A program made the position numbers and the translations under genes. From Eubacteriales bacterium (GTDB lineage Bacteria > Bacillota > Clostridia > Oscillospirales > CAG-272): DNA of 64,000 bases. Each line of letters begins with the position of its first letter. Within the stretch, counting starts at the first letter, position 1. Shown here piece by piece: positions 19,885-30,089 of the stretch. The stretch spans positions 7,881 through 71,880 of the forward strand of contig JAZRTS010000055.1 in NCBI GenBank assembly GCA_045652135.1, written 5' to 3'. A model generated the notes under the pieces. It was not told where the DNA came from. It saw nothing but the letters and a program-made list of their open reading frames with translations, and did no database searches.

Positions 19885-22089
19885 ATGAGTGAAACAAACA
19901 TTACAAAGCCCGCAACGATAGAGCAGCTTTTGCTTGATATCGATGCCACGGGTAAGAATTACGATAAACAGAAGATAATAAAGGCATACGAATATGCGGC
20001 AATGCTCCATGAGGGGCAATTCCGTCAAAGCGGAGAGCCGTATATATCACACCCTGTTTCCGTTGCGCAGATAGTTCTGGGAATGGAGCTTGATACGGAT
20101 TCCGTATGCTCGGCGCTTCTTCACGATACTGTTGAAGACTGTGCTGACAAAACGGACCTCGGTGTGATAAAAAAAGAGTTTGGTGAGCCTGTTGCGCGTA
20201 TAGTTGACGGACTTACGAAGCTTGTGGAGTTTCCGTTTGAAGACAAAGAGGAAGCGCATATAGAAAACCTGCGTAAGATGTTCCTTGCAATGTCCAAGGA
20301 TATAAGAGTGCTTTTTGTCAAGCTTTGTGACAGAGTGCATAATATGCGCACACTCGATGCAAAGCCCGAAGAAAAACGCAGAGTAATTGCGCTTGAAACG
20401 ATGTATGTTTACGCACCGCTTGCGCACCGTCTCGGTATGCAGAAGATAAAGCAGGAGCTTGAACGTCTGTCGCTTTCTTACCTCGATCCCATAGGATACG
20501 AGGAAGTGCGCCACGATATCCAGAAGAAGTTCGGAGCGAACAAGGACTTTTTACAGCGTGCAAAGGACTATGTTTCCGAAAAGCTGAAGGAAAACCATCT
20601 TGAATTCACGCTTGAAGGCAGAGTGAAATCGGTATACAGCATCTATAAAAAGATGTACAATCAAAACAAGAGCTTTGACGAGATATACGACTTTTATGCA
20701 ATACGTATAATTGTCGAAACAGAGCTTGAGTGTTATACGGTTTTGGGTATAATCCACGATCTTTTCAAGTCTATTCCCGGCAGATTCAAGGATTATATAT
20801 CAACTCCGAAGCCGAATATGTACCGAAGCCTTCACACAACGGTCATCGGACGTGACGGTATACCGTTCGAGGTGCAGATAAGAACGTATGAAATGCACCA
20901 CGTTGCAGAATACGGTATCGCCGCAAACTGGAAATACAAAACGGGTGCATCAGCATCTGCTGATATTGACAAAAAGCTTAAATGGATCGCTGATTTTGTC
21001 GAAACGGAAAACGACACAAAGGACCCCGACGAATTTCTCAATGCGTTAAAAATAGATATATTCCAGGATGAGGTATTTGCATTTACTCCCAAGGGCGACG
21101 TTATTGCACTTCCGAATGGCGCGACGGTCATTGACTTTGCGTATTCAATACATTCCGCTGTCGGTAACAAAATGACTGGTGCAAAGGTCAACGGTATGAT
21201 CGTGCCTATTGACCATATACTTTCAAACGGAGAGATCGTTGAAATTCTCACCTCATCACAGACAAAAGGACCGAGCCGAGATTGGCTCAAGATAGTAAAG
21301 ACGGGCGAAGCAAGAAACAAGATACGCCAATGGTTCAAGAAGGAACAGCGTGCGGAAAATATCGCAATGGGTAAAGCCGAGATCGATAAAGAATTCAGCA
21401 AATTCGGTTTTGTTTGTACGGAAGCACAGAAAAACGAGGTGCTTCTCAACGTTGCACGCCGTGTAGGCATTCAGGACGTTGACGATGCGTATAACATCAT
21501 CGGCTACGGCGGACTTACCGTATCGAAGATATCGCAGAAGCTCAAGGATGAATTTGAGCGTGTTGTAAAACCCGTCAAGACCGATAAGCCCACACTTGAC
21601 GATATGGCAGAAGCGGGTAAGAAAAAGGTCAAAAAATCAACGGGTGGAGTTACCATTGACGGTGTTGACGGATGTGTTGTCAAGTTCTCCAAATGTTGCA
21701 GTCCGATACCCGGTGACAGTATAATCGGATTTATAACGAAGGGTTTCGGTGTGTCGGTGCATAAGGCTGATTGCCCGAATGTTAAAATGCAGATAGAAAA
21801 CCCCGAAAACAAGGATAGGATCGTAAGCGCGGAATGGGCAGGAGATGCCTTCAGCCGTGAAATGTTTGAAGCGACGCTTAACGTAACGGCACACAACAGC
21901 TTCACTATAGTTGCCGATCTTACGGCGGTCGTTGCCGATATGCGTGTATCGCTTCTTGCGATAAATATGCAGACGGTAGGAAGCGAAATAACGATTGCCT
22001 TGACGGTAGGCTGCCGTAATACAGAGCATTTACAGCAGATAATGTCACGTATACGCTCGATAAGAGACGTTGAAACGGTGACAAGATAA
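19885..22089 (+). CDS. relA: bifunctional (p)ppGpp synthetase/hydrolase
   Basis: HD 'HPVSVA...LLHDTVED', synthetase 'YRSLHTTV', then TGS and ACT regions. ATG 19885 preferred over the GTG at 19852. Confidence 0.94.
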   Translation: MSETNITKPATIEQLLLDIDATGKNYDKQKIIKAYEYAAMLHEGQFRQSGEPYISHPVSVAQIVLGMELDTDSVCSALLHDTVEDCADKTDLGVIKKEFGEPVARIVDGLTKLVEFPFEDKEEAHIENLRKMFLAMSKDIRVLFVKLCDRVHNMRTLDAKPEEKRRVIALETMYVYAPLAHRLGMQKIKQELERLSLSYLDPIGYEEVRHDIQKKFGANKDFLQRAKDYVSEKLKENHLEFTLEGRVKSVYSIYKKMYNQNKSFDEIYDFYAIRIIVETELECYTVLGIIHDLFKSIPGRFKDYISTPKPNMYRSLHTTVIGRDGIPFEVQIRTYEMHHVAEYGIAANWKYKTGASASADIDKKLKWIADFVETENDTKDPDEFLNALKIDIFQDEVFAFTPKGDVIALPNGATVIDFAYSIHSAVGNKMTGAKVNGMIVPIDHILSNGEIVEILTSSQTKGPSRDWLKIVKTGEARNKIRQWFKKEQRAENIAMGKAEIDKEFSKFGFVCTEAQKNEVLLNVARRVGIQDVDDAYNIIGYGGLTVSKISQKLKDEFERVVKPVKTDKPTLDDMAEAGKKKVKKSTGGVTIDGVDGCVVKFSKCCSPIPGDSIIGFITKGFGVSVHKADCPNVKMQIENPENKDRIVSAEWAGDAFSREMFEATLNVTAHNSFTIVADLTAVVADMRVSLLAINMQTVGSEITIALTVGCRNTEHLQQIMSRIRSIRDVETVTR

Positions 22090-22097
22090 GGATTTTT

Positions 22098-22547
22098 ATG
22101 AGAGCAATAATTCAAAGAGTGAATAACGCATCTGTAAGCGTTGACGGAAATATTACGGGAGAATGTAAAAAAGGATATCTTGTTTTGCTTGGTGTAGGCA
22201 AGGGTGACGATGAGGCTACAGCTCGCAAGCTGTGCGATAAGATAGTCAAAATGCGTATTTTTAACGATGAAAACGGAAAGATAAATCTTTCGCTTTCTCA
22301 GGTAGGCGGAGAAATGCTTGTCGTGTCACAGTTTACGCTTTATGCAAACTGCTCGCACGGCAACCGTCCCGAATTTTTCGCATCGGCATCCCCCGATGAA
22401 GCAAATCGTCTTTACGAATATTTCGTAAGCTATGCAAAGACGCTTGTTTCGAGGGTAGAAACGGGAATATTCGGTGCGTGCATGCAGGTAAGTCTTGAAA
22501 ATGACGGACCGTTTACAATTTATCTCGATACGGAAATGCTGAAATAA
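22098..22547 (+). CDS. dtd: D-aminoacyl-tRNA deacylase
   Basis: 'SQFTLYA' and 'NDGPFTI' motifs; 149 aa. Confidence 0.95.
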   Translation: MRAIIQRVNNASVSVDGNITGECKKGYLVLLGVGKGDDEATARKLCDKIVKMRIFNDENGKINLSLSQVGGEMLVVSQFTLYANCSHGNRPEFFASASPDEANRLYEYFVSYAKTLVSRVETGIFGACMQVSLENDGPFTIYLDTEMLK

Positions 22548-22549
22548 TT

Positions 22550-24025
22550 ATGAAACTGATACTTGATAAAAATATAAGTAAATATTACTTGCAAACTCTG
22601 TGCCTGTTGTTTTTCCCCGGTGCTAAATTTTCGGAAACAGAGGTCGTAACACCCGATACACCCGTTGTAGAGGTGACACTTAAAAACGAGGATGACGGTG
22701 CGGTGTGTACGGCAACCGTCACCATTGGCGATAAATCGATAAGCAGAACGCATAAAGAAATGTATGACCACCTTCCGAAAAATAAAACGGAAAATATGGC
22801 GGCAAACAAAGCGTTTTTCTCAGCCGCCGAAGCCTTTTTCGGATATACTCCGCCGTGGGGAATACTGACGGGTGTCCGCCCTACGAAGATAGTTCTTGAT
22901 TATCTTAACGAGGGAATGACGAAGGACCAGACGGTAAAGGAGCTTCGCAAAAGATATCTTTTGTACCCCAAAAAAGCAATACTTGCAACGGATATTGCAA
23001 GAAATGAATCGAAGATAATAAAAAGGTATCCGCTTGATACCTGCTCAATTTACATCTCAATTCCGTTTTGTCCGACGAGATGCTCGTATTGTTCATTCGT
23101 AAGCTTCACCACAAAGAAGCTTTTGGCGCTTATCCCCGCATATCTTGAAGCGCTGAAGCTTGAGCTTTCACTCATTGCAAGACAGATAAAGGAAACAGGC
23201 TTCAAGCTTAAAACCATATACATAGGAGGCGGTACGCCGACAACTCTTAACGAGCATCAGCTTGAAGATCTGCTGTCGTACATAGACAAGCTTTTCGATA
23301 CTTCAACACTTGATGAATTCACGCTCGAAGCAGGCAGACCCGACACCATAACGGAGAAAAAACTGCAGAGCGCTGTAAATCATAACGTTACCAGAATAAG
23401 CATAAATCCCCAGTCGCTTAACAATTACGTTCTTCAGGAGATAGACCGCTGTCATACAGCCGAGATGTTTTTTAAAGCGTATGAAATGGCAAGACGCGTC
23501 GGTGTTCCGTGTATAAATACGGATCTTATTATAGGACTTCCCGCCGACGATATCGAATCGTATTCCGATACTCTTGAAAAGATAATCGATCTTGCACCCG
23601 AAAATATAACAGCGCATACGTTTTGCGTTAAGAGGAGTGCCGATATTCTTAAAGACGGACACGATATATTCGCAAGGGAAAACTTCGAGGTGTCAAAATG
23701 CGTTGACTATACGCAGATAATGACGAAAAAGTCCGGATACATACCGTATTATATGTACCGACAGAAGAATGCAAAGGCAAACCTTGAAAATGTCGGATAC
23801 TGTAAAAAGGGTACAGAGGGACTCTATAACATACTTATGATGGAGGAGATACACTCTATCTTCGCCGCAGGTGCGGGAGCTGTCACAAAATTCGTAGGTG
23901 AGAGAAATGTTAAAATAGAGCGAATATTCAACCCCAAATATCCATATGAATATTTAGAGCAGGATAGGGAAAAGGTATTCGAGGAAACAAGAAAAATAAT
24001 GGACGGATTCTTTGTGAAAGGATGA
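22550..24025 (+). CDS. hemZ: HemN-like radical SAM protein (HemZ type)
   Basis: 'CPTRCSYCSF' radical SAM motif preceded by a HemZ-like N-terminal extension. Confidence 0.85.
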   Translation: MKLILDKNISKYYLQTLCLLFFPGAKFSETEVVTPDTPVVEVTLKNEDDGAVCTATVTIGDKSISRTHKEMYDHLPKNKTENMAANKAFFSAAEAFFGYTPPWGILTGVRPTKIVLDYLNEGMTKDQTVKELRKRYLLYPKKAILATDIARNESKIIKRYPLDTCSIYISIPFCPTRCSYCSFVSFTTKKLLALIPAYLEALKLELSLIARQIKETGFKLKTIYIGGGTPTTLNEHQLEDLLSYIDKLFDTSTLDEFTLEAGRPDTITEKKLQSAVNHNVTRISINPQSLNNYVLQEIDRCHTAEMFFKAYEMARRVGVPCINTDLIIGLPADDIESYSDTLEKIIDLAPENITAHTFCVKRSADILKDGHDIFARENFEVSKCVDYTQIMTKKSGYIPYYMYRQKNAKANLENVGYCKKGTEGLYNILMMEEIHSIFAAGAGAVTKFVGERNVKIERIFNPKYPYEYLEQDREKVFEETRKIMDGFFVKG

Positions 24026-24030
24026 TGTGA

Positions 24031-24933
24031 ATGTATTACTACGACCGCATATTTACCACGGAAAAAGAAAAATACGATTTTGTAAACGAATGTGACAGGC
24101 AGTTTTTCAGTAAAATAGAAAGTGTGGCTGACGATATTGCCGATGACAAAAATATAAGATTTATTCTTTTGGCAGGCCCTACGTGCTCGGGCAAAACATC
24201 CGCTACCAACGTTCTTACAAAAACGCTTGTAAAAGACGGTAAAAAAGTTGTGAGCGTTTCTATAGACGATTTCTTCAAGGATTCCGCGCATCTTAAAAAT
24301 GCAGACGGAAAGGTCGATTTTGAATCGATAAATGCCATTGATTATGATCTGTTCTGTAAGTGTACGGAAAGTCTTAAAAAGGGAAATGCAACGAGTATTC
24401 CGATATTTGACTTTGTAAAAGGTATGCGTGACGGTGAGCGTGTGCTCGATCCTGATGACAATACAATTATAATCTTTGAAGGAATACAGGCGGTATATCC
24501 CGAAATAACCTCGCTTTTCCATGAGGAAAGCAAAAAGGTATTTATTTCGGTAAATACCGATATTACAGCATACGGACAGTCTTTTTCAAAAAGACGCTTG
24601 CGTTTCAGTCGAAGACTTGTAAGAGATTTTCTTTTCAGAGGGGCATCTCCCGAACTTACCTTCAAGCTTTGGGACGGTGTTATTGAAAATGAGGAGATAA
24701 ACATCATGCCGTATGCAGACGATGCTGACATTAAACTCAATTCGTTTGTACCTTATGAGGTGAATGTTTTAGCTCCGTTTGTAAAAAAGATACTCGGTGA
24801 TATGCCGAAAAATTCAAAATATTCGCATCTTGCGGAAAATATATTACAAAGGTATAAAAATATTCCCGAAATAAGCCACGAGTATGTACCGACAGGCTCA
24901 TTTTTCAGGGAGTTTATAGGAGAGGAAAAGTAA
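24031..24933 (+). CDS. uridine kinase/phosphoribulokinase-family nucleoside kinase
   Basis: Walker A 'GPTCSGKTS' and 'IIIFEGI' segment. Confidence 0.75.
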   Translation: MYYYDRIFTTEKEKYDFVNECDRQFFSKIESVADDIADDKNIRFILLAGPTCSGKTSATNVLTKTLVKDGKKVVSVSIDDFFKDSAHLKNADGKVDFESINAIDYDLFCKCTESLKKGNATSIPIFDFVKGMRDGERVLDPDDNTIIIFEGIQAVYPEITSLFHEESKKVFISVNTDITAYGQSFSKRRLRFSRRLVRDFLFRGASPELTFKLWDGVIENEEINIMPYADDADIKLNSFVPYEVNVLAPFVKKILGDMPKNSKYSHLAENILQRYKNIPEISHEYVPTGSFFREFIGEEK

Positions 24934-24934
24934 A

Positions 24935-25756
24935 ATGGCAAAATATGAAGATTACAAAAAGAGTGCGGAATTTATTTCCGAAAAAATAGGCGCACGCCGC
25001 CCCGAGGTGGTTATCATCGCAGGCTCGGGCCTTGACACGATAGGTGAAAAAATAGATAACCCCGTGAAAATAAAGTACGGTGAGATACCGGGCTTCCCCA
25101 CGTCTACCGTATCATACCAGAAGGGTGAGCTCTGGTGCGGAGAAATAGATGGCAAAACAGTTCTTCTCATGAATGGAAGATTCCATTTTTACGAAGGTTG
25201 GGACATGAACAAGATAGTATATCCCATATATGTTTTCAAGCTTATGGGAATAGATAAGATAATCGTTTCCAATGCGTCGGGTGCGATAAATCAGAATTTC
25301 TCGGTAGGTCAGATAACAGCTGTTTATGACCATATCAAGCTTTGCGCCGAATCTCCCGTCAGAGGAGAAAACATTCCCGAACTTGGCAAGCGTTTCTTCG
25401 AAATGCAGAGCGTTTATGATAAAGAATATATCAAAATCGCAAAGGAATGTGCAAATGAGCTTGGCTTTGAGCTTAAGGACGCAGTCTACGCATATATGAC
25501 AGGTCCCCAGTATGAAACAACAGCGGAAATAAAGATGCTGAAAGCACTCGGTGCTGATGTCGTCGGTATGTCAACGGTTCCTGAGATGATCGCCGCATCG
25601 CACTGCGGAATGAGAGGGCTTTGCATTTCAGTATGTACAAATATGGCGGCAGGACTTTCCGATGAAAATCCCGATGAAGATGAGGTAGTTGTGAACGCAC
25701 GCAAGGCACGTGAGCACTTCGTTAACCTTATTGTAAACGTACTTAAAAGAATTTAA
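24935..25756 (+). CDS. punA: purine nucleoside phosphorylase (trimeric PunA/MTAP class)
   Basis: 'GRFHFYEG' and 'VGMSTVPE' motifs. Starts 1 nt after the kinase stop. Confidence 0.9.
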   Translation: MAKYEDYKKSAEFISEKIGARRPEVVIIAGSGLDTIGEKIDNPVKIKYGEIPGFPTSTVSYQKGELWCGEIDGKTVLLMNGRFHFYEGWDMNKIVYPIYVFKLMGIDKIIVSNASGAINQNFSVGQITAVYDHIKLCAESPVRGENIPELGKRFFEMQSVYDKEYIKIAKECANELGFELKDAVYAYMTGPQYETTAEIKMLKALGADVVGMSTVPEMIAASHCGMRGLCISVCTNMAAGLSDENPDEDEVVVNARKAREHFVNLIVNVLKRI

Positions 25757-25767
25757 GGTATTTTAAA

Positions 25768-26541
25768 ATGATAATTATAGGTGAAAAATTAAACAGCTCC
25801 ATACCAAAAACGATGAGGGCGTATGAAGCTTGGGATGAAGAATATCTTTTGTCGCTTATAAAAAATATGTCTGAGCATAATGCCGATTATATAGACATCA
25901 ACACGGCGCTTTGTGAAGATGAAACGTCATCAATGAAAAAAATGATAGACCTTGTTTGCGCAAATTCCGATTCGGGTATTGTCATCGACTCTCCCGACGT
26001 TGAGGTTTTAAAGGAATGTGCGTCTTACGTTGAAGCAGGCAGAAAAATTATGCTCAACTCCGTAAACAGCGAGGAAGATATGATAAGCCTGCTTCCGATA
26101 CTGAAAGAAAAAGATGCAAGCTGTATCTGTATGCTTTCACATTCCACGCTTGAGGAAAGAATTGATTTTGCTTCAAAGCTCGTTGAAATTGCGGATAAAG
26201 AGGGAATTTTGCGTGAAAAGCTCTTTTTCGACATAGCAGTACAGTCAGCGGCAACAGACAGCGAAAGTGCGCTTTTGTCTTTGAAAACCATCAGTGAAGT
26301 AAAGGGAAGATTTGACGGTGTTAAAACCACCTGCGGACTTTCAAATGCTTCTTTCGGACTTCCCAAGCGAATCAATATTAATTCCGCATATCTTACTTGC
26401 GCTGTTTATAACGGACTTGACAGCGCAATAATGGATAATACCAACACAGCATACGAAATGACAATAAAAGCTGCAGAGGTAATTGCAGGACGTGACGAAT
26501 ATTGTATGGAATATATAACATACATAAGGGAGAATCAATGA
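25768..26541 (+). CDS. pterin-binding (methyl-THF:corrinoid methyltransferase / AcsE-like) protein
   Basis: 'IIGEKLN', 'YIDINT', 'GLSNASFGLP' and 'GLDSAIMD' align by eye with MeTr/AcsE over its full length. Confidence 0.8.
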   Translation: MIIIGEKLNSSIPKTMRAYEAWDEEYLLSLIKNMSEHNADYIDINTALCEDETSSMKKMIDLVCANSDSGIVIDSPDVEVLKECASYVEAGRKIMLNSVNSEEDMISLLPILKEKDASCICMLSHSTLEERIDFASKLVEIADKEGILREKLFFDIAVQSAATDSESALLSLKTISEVKGRFDGVKTTCGLSNASFGLPKRININSAYLTCAVYNGLDSAIMDNTNTAYEMTIKAAEVIAGRDEYCMEYITYIRENQ

Positions 26542-27815
26542 AAACACTTATTGAAAATATAACCGTTATATTTGAAAACGGAACATATAAGGAAAATATA
26601 TATGTTGCATACGAGGGTAAGGTCTTCACTTATATTGGTGATACTGCACCCGAAGGACAGTATGACAGAAAAATAAACGGGCAGGGCAAAATAATGATTC
26701 CGGGCCTTTATAACTGCCATACCCATACACCCATGACACATTTCAGAGGAATGGCAGAGGATCTTCCGCTTGACCGTTGGCTTCACGAGGCAATATTCCC
26801 CGCAGAGGATAAGCTTTGTGATGAATCTGCGGCAATAGGCGCGCTTCTTTCCTGTGCTGAAATGATATCGGGCGGTGTTGTTTCAATGTCAGATATGTAT
26901 TTCTTCTGTCCCGCACTTGCAGAGGCGATAGGCACAACGGGTATCAAGGCAAATCTTTCACGCTCTGTTGTTTCATTTGATGAAAATTCAGATGTCACAA
27001 AGGACGAAAGAGTTTACGAGGGTGTTTATCTGTTTGAAAATTATAATAACAGCTTTGACGGAAGAATCAAGGTTGATATGTCGGTGCATGCCGAATATTC
27101 AAATACAGCCCATACCTGTGAATATGTCGCATCTCTTGCAAAAAAGTATAACTGCGGTGTTCAGCTTCATTTGTCCGAAACGGAAAAGGAACATAATGAG
27201 GGCAAGGCTCGCCGAGGTATGACACCTACAGAGTTTTTTGAAAAAACCGGAATGTTCGATAGCCGTACAACAGCTGCACATTGCGTATGGCTTGAGGATA
27301 AAGATATTGAAATTTTTGCTAAACACGGTGTTTCTGCCGCACATAACCCCATAAGCAATCTGAAGCTCGGTTCCGGTGTTATGCCGCTTGAAAAGCTTGT
27401 CAAGGCAGGGGTTAATGTAGTTTTGGGTACTGACGGTGCAGCATCAAATAACCGTCTTAATGTTATAAACGAAATGAATATGACGGCGCTCCTTCACAGA
27501 GGTGTGACCGGTAAGGCTGATTTTCCGCCTGTTTCGTCAATCGTTCCGATGGCAACAATTAACGGTGCCGTATCGCAGGGCAGATGCGATTGCGGATGTA
27601 TAAAGGAAGGATTCCGTGCGGATTTTGCCCTTATCGACACAACATTTGTTCATAATATCCCGTCGTTTTCGCCTGTAAATACGCTTATTTATACGGTATA
27701 TCCTACGGATGTTACGATGACGGTATGTGACGGTGTCACGCTCTACGAAAACGGAGAATTTAAAACAATAGACGTTGAAAAGCTTTCAGGAGATATGAAA
27801 AGATTTAAATTCTGA
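26538..27815 (+). CDS. mtaD: 5'-methylthioadenosine/S-adenosylhomocysteine deaminase-type amidohydrolase
   Basis: 'NCHTHTPMTHFRG', 'HLSET' and 'GTDGAASNN' motifs. ATGA overlap with the upstream gene; GGGAGA RBS. Confidence 0.85.
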   Translation: MKTLIENITVIFENGTYKENIYVAYEGKVFTYIGDTAPEGQYDRKINGQGKIMIPGLYNCHTHTPMTHFRGMAEDLPLDRWLHEAIFPAEDKLCDESAAIGALLSCAEMISGGVVSMSDMYFFCPALAEAIGTTGIKANLSRSVVSFDENSDVTKDERVYEGVYLFENYNNSFDGRIKVDMSVHAEYSNTAHTCEYVASLAKKYNCGVQLHLSETEKEHNEGKARRGMTPTEFFEKTGMFDSRTTAAHCVWLEDKDIEIFAKHGVSAAHNPISNLKLGSGVMPLEKLVKAGVNVVLGTDGAASNNRLNVINEMNMTALLHRGVTGKADFPPVSSIVPMATINGAVSQGRCDCGCIKEGFRADFALIDTTFVHNIPSFSPVNTLIYTVYPTDVTMTVCDGVTLYENGEFKTIDVEKLSGDMKRFKF

Positions 27816-27830
27816 TTTTCGGAGGCTTAA

Positions 27831-29408
27831 TTGAAAAATCAAACAAAAAACACATTGACGTACGGTGTTGTTGTTCTGACAGCGGCAAATCTCCTTGTCA
27901 AAGTGATAGGACTTGTTTTCAAAATCCCGATACAAGGTCTTATACATGATGAGGGAATGGGATATTTCAATGTTGCGTATACCATATATTCGTGGCTTTA
28001 TCTTTTATCAACCGCAGGTCTTCCCGTTGCGCTTTCGGTTATGATAAGTGGTGAACGTGCAAAAGGTGAGTTTGGAAACACCCGTACTGTATTCAGCACG
28101 GCTCTGACCGTATTTGCGGTTATAGGCGCCATCGGTGCTTTATCGATGATGATATTTGCACGTGATATTGCAAGCTTTGTCAAGGTTGAAGATGCATATC
28201 TGTGTGCGCTTGCTATTTCACCAACGCTTTTTTTCATCTGCATATCCTCCTCTGTAAGAGGATATTTTCAGGGACTCGGGGTTATGACCGTAACGGCTGT
28301 CTCGCAGGTTATTGAGTCTGTTGGTAAAATGGCATTCGGGCTTTTACTTGCGTCATACTCCGTGTCGCAAGGGCATCCGCTTTATGTTACGGCGGCTTTT
28401 GCTATAAGCGGTGTTACACTCGGTACGTTTGCATCGATGATATATTGTCTTGTATCAAAGGGCGTGCTGTCACCCAAAGCAACGACTGAAAGCAATATCA
28501 GAAGAAGCAGTATTTTGAAAAAGCTTGTGTCTATCGCGTTGCCCATAACTGTATCATCATCCGTTATGGGGCTTATGAATGTGATCGACACGGTGATAGC
28601 GCCGTCGAGACTTCAGGATGTTGGCTATACGGCTACGCAGGCGACGGAGATTTACGGCAATTACACGACGCTTGCTGTGTCGCTTTTCAATATGCCGACA
28701 GTTCTTGTGTACCCTATCGCGTACGCAGTCGTTCCGAAGCTTACGGAGATTCTGACACTTGGCAAAGACGGACGTGTGCTTATATCCTCGTCAATCAAAA
28801 CCACGGCAGTTATTTCGCTTCCGTGCGCTGTCGGACTCGGTGTGCTGTCGTTTCCGATACTTGACCTCATATTTCCCGAAAACTCGGCGCTTCTTGCATC
28901 GCCTATGCTTACCATGCTTGCGCCGTCAGTGTTTTTCTGCGCAATTCTCGGTATTACAAACAGTATTCTTCAATCATCGGGAAACGAAAAGCTTCCGATA
29001 ATATCAATGGTAACAGGCGTTTTGGTCAAATTCCTTTCATCGTACATACTTATCGGTGTTGACGGTATCGGAAGATTCGGAATTCCAATAGGAACGTGCC
29101 TTTGCTATCTTTCGGTAATAACGGTAAATTTTACGTTTATGTGCAGAAAAACCAAGGTCGTACCGAATATGCTTCAGACATTTGTGAAGCCGGCCGTTTG
29201 CGCCGTTTTGTGTGGATTTACCGCATATGCTGTAAATCGTATAATGCCGGATGTAACGGTTGCTGTGTTTGTGTCGATATTTTCCGCAGTTTTAGTCTAC
29301 GTTCTGTGTATTTTCAAAAGCGGCACTATAAACGTTGATGACATAATACAGCTTCCCAAAGGCGATAAACTGTGCAGTATATTAAAAAGGATAAAATTAA
29401 TAAAATAA
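27831..29408 (+). CDS. MOP-superfamily flippase (MurJ / SpoVB / YabM-like)
   Basis: 525 aa with many TM segments. TTG start is preceded by GGAGG. Followed by mazG, as in the yabM-yabN synteny. Confidence 0.85.
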   Translation: MKNQTKNTLTYGVVVLTAANLLVKVIGLVFKIPIQGLIHDEGMGYFNVAYTIYSWLYLLSTAGLPVALSVMISGERAKGEFGNTRTVFSTALTVFAVIGAIGALSMMIFARDIASFVKVEDAYLCALAISPTLFFICISSSVRGYFQGLGVMTVTAVSQVIESVGKMAFGLLLASYSVSQGHPLYVTAAFAISGVTLGTFASMIYCLVSKGVLSPKATTESNIRRSSILKKLVSIALPITVSSSVMGLMNVIDTVIAPSRLQDVGYTATQATEIYGNYTTLAVSLFNMPTVLVYPIAYAVVPKLTEILTLGKDGRVLISSSIKTTAVISLPCAVGLGVLSFPILDLIFPENSALLASPMLTMLAPSVFFCAILGITNSILQSSGNEKLPIISMVTGVLVKFLSSYILIGVDGIGRFGIPIGTCLCYLSVITVNFTFMCRKTKVVPNMLQTFVKPAVCAVLCGFTAYAVNRIMPDVTVAVFVSIFSAVLVYVLCIFKSGTINVDDIIQLPKGDKLCSILKRIKLIK

Positions 29409-29419
29409 CGGAGTTTGAA

Positions 29420-30088
29420 ATGGATAAAAAAACGGAGCTCATACAGAAAAATAAATATACATTTGAGGATCTTTGCGATATTGTGAAAATATTGCGTGCT
29501 CCCGGCGGATGTCCTTGGGACGCGGAGCAAACGCATAAAACGATAAGAGGCAACTTTATCGAAGAAGTGTATGAATTTATCGAGGGAATCGATAACGATG
29601 ACAACGCCATAATGCGTGAGGAGCTCGGTGATGTGCTTTTGCAGGTCGTTTTTCACGCACGTATAGCAGAAGATAATAGTGAATATTTCCTTGATGATGT
29701 TTTGACCGATATCTGCAAAAAGCTTATTATACGCCATCCTCACGTATTCGGTGATGTTAAGGCTGAAACGACTGAGCAGGTACTCGATAACTGGAATGCA
29801 ATAAAAATGCAGACCAAAGGACAGAAAACAGCCAAAGAAGCGCTTGACGGTGTTTCAAGGTCACTTCCGTCATTGATGAGAGCTGAAAAAATATCTTCAA
29901 AGTTAAATAAATATGGCCATGGATTTGCAACAGCGGATGATATAAAATCGGCATCGGCAAATTTGCAAAATGAGGAAGATATCGGAAGACTGCTGTATCT
30001 TGTGACTTCATACGCAAAGTCAAAGGGAATCGATCCCGAAAAGGCGCTCTATGATGAGTGTGACAAAGTAATATCAAAGGAAAATTAA
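29420..30088 (+). CDS. mazG: MazG nucleoside triphosphate pyrophosphohydrolase
   Basis: 'EEVYEFIEGI' and 'EELGDVLLQVVFHA' motifs. ATG 29420 lies just after the flippase stop. Confidence 0.9.
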   Translation: MDKKTELIQKNKYTFEDLCDIVKILRAPGGCPWDAEQTHKTIRGNFIEEVYEFIEGIDNDDNAIMREELGDVLLQVVFHARIAEDNSEYFLDDVLTDICKKLIIRHPHVFGDVKAETTEQVLDNWNAIKMQTKGQKTAKEALDGVSRSLPSLMRAEKISSKLNKYGHGFATADDIKSASANLQNEEDIGRLLYLVTSYAKSKGIDPEKALYDECDKVISKEN

Positions 30089-30089
30089 A

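Noticed and set aside
20832-22115. Two long minus-strand ORFs (212 aa and 203 aa) inside relA.
   Set aside because: Both are Ser/Ala/Ile-rich mirror frames of a well-supported relA. Similar antisense ORFs occur in recJ (18862-19461), capE (59890-60417) and the PG-binding gene (46964-47503).
23824-24522. 232-aa minus-strand ORF.
   Set aside because: It is antisense to the hemZ 3' end and the kinase gene and crosses their junction. No motifs and no RBS were seen.
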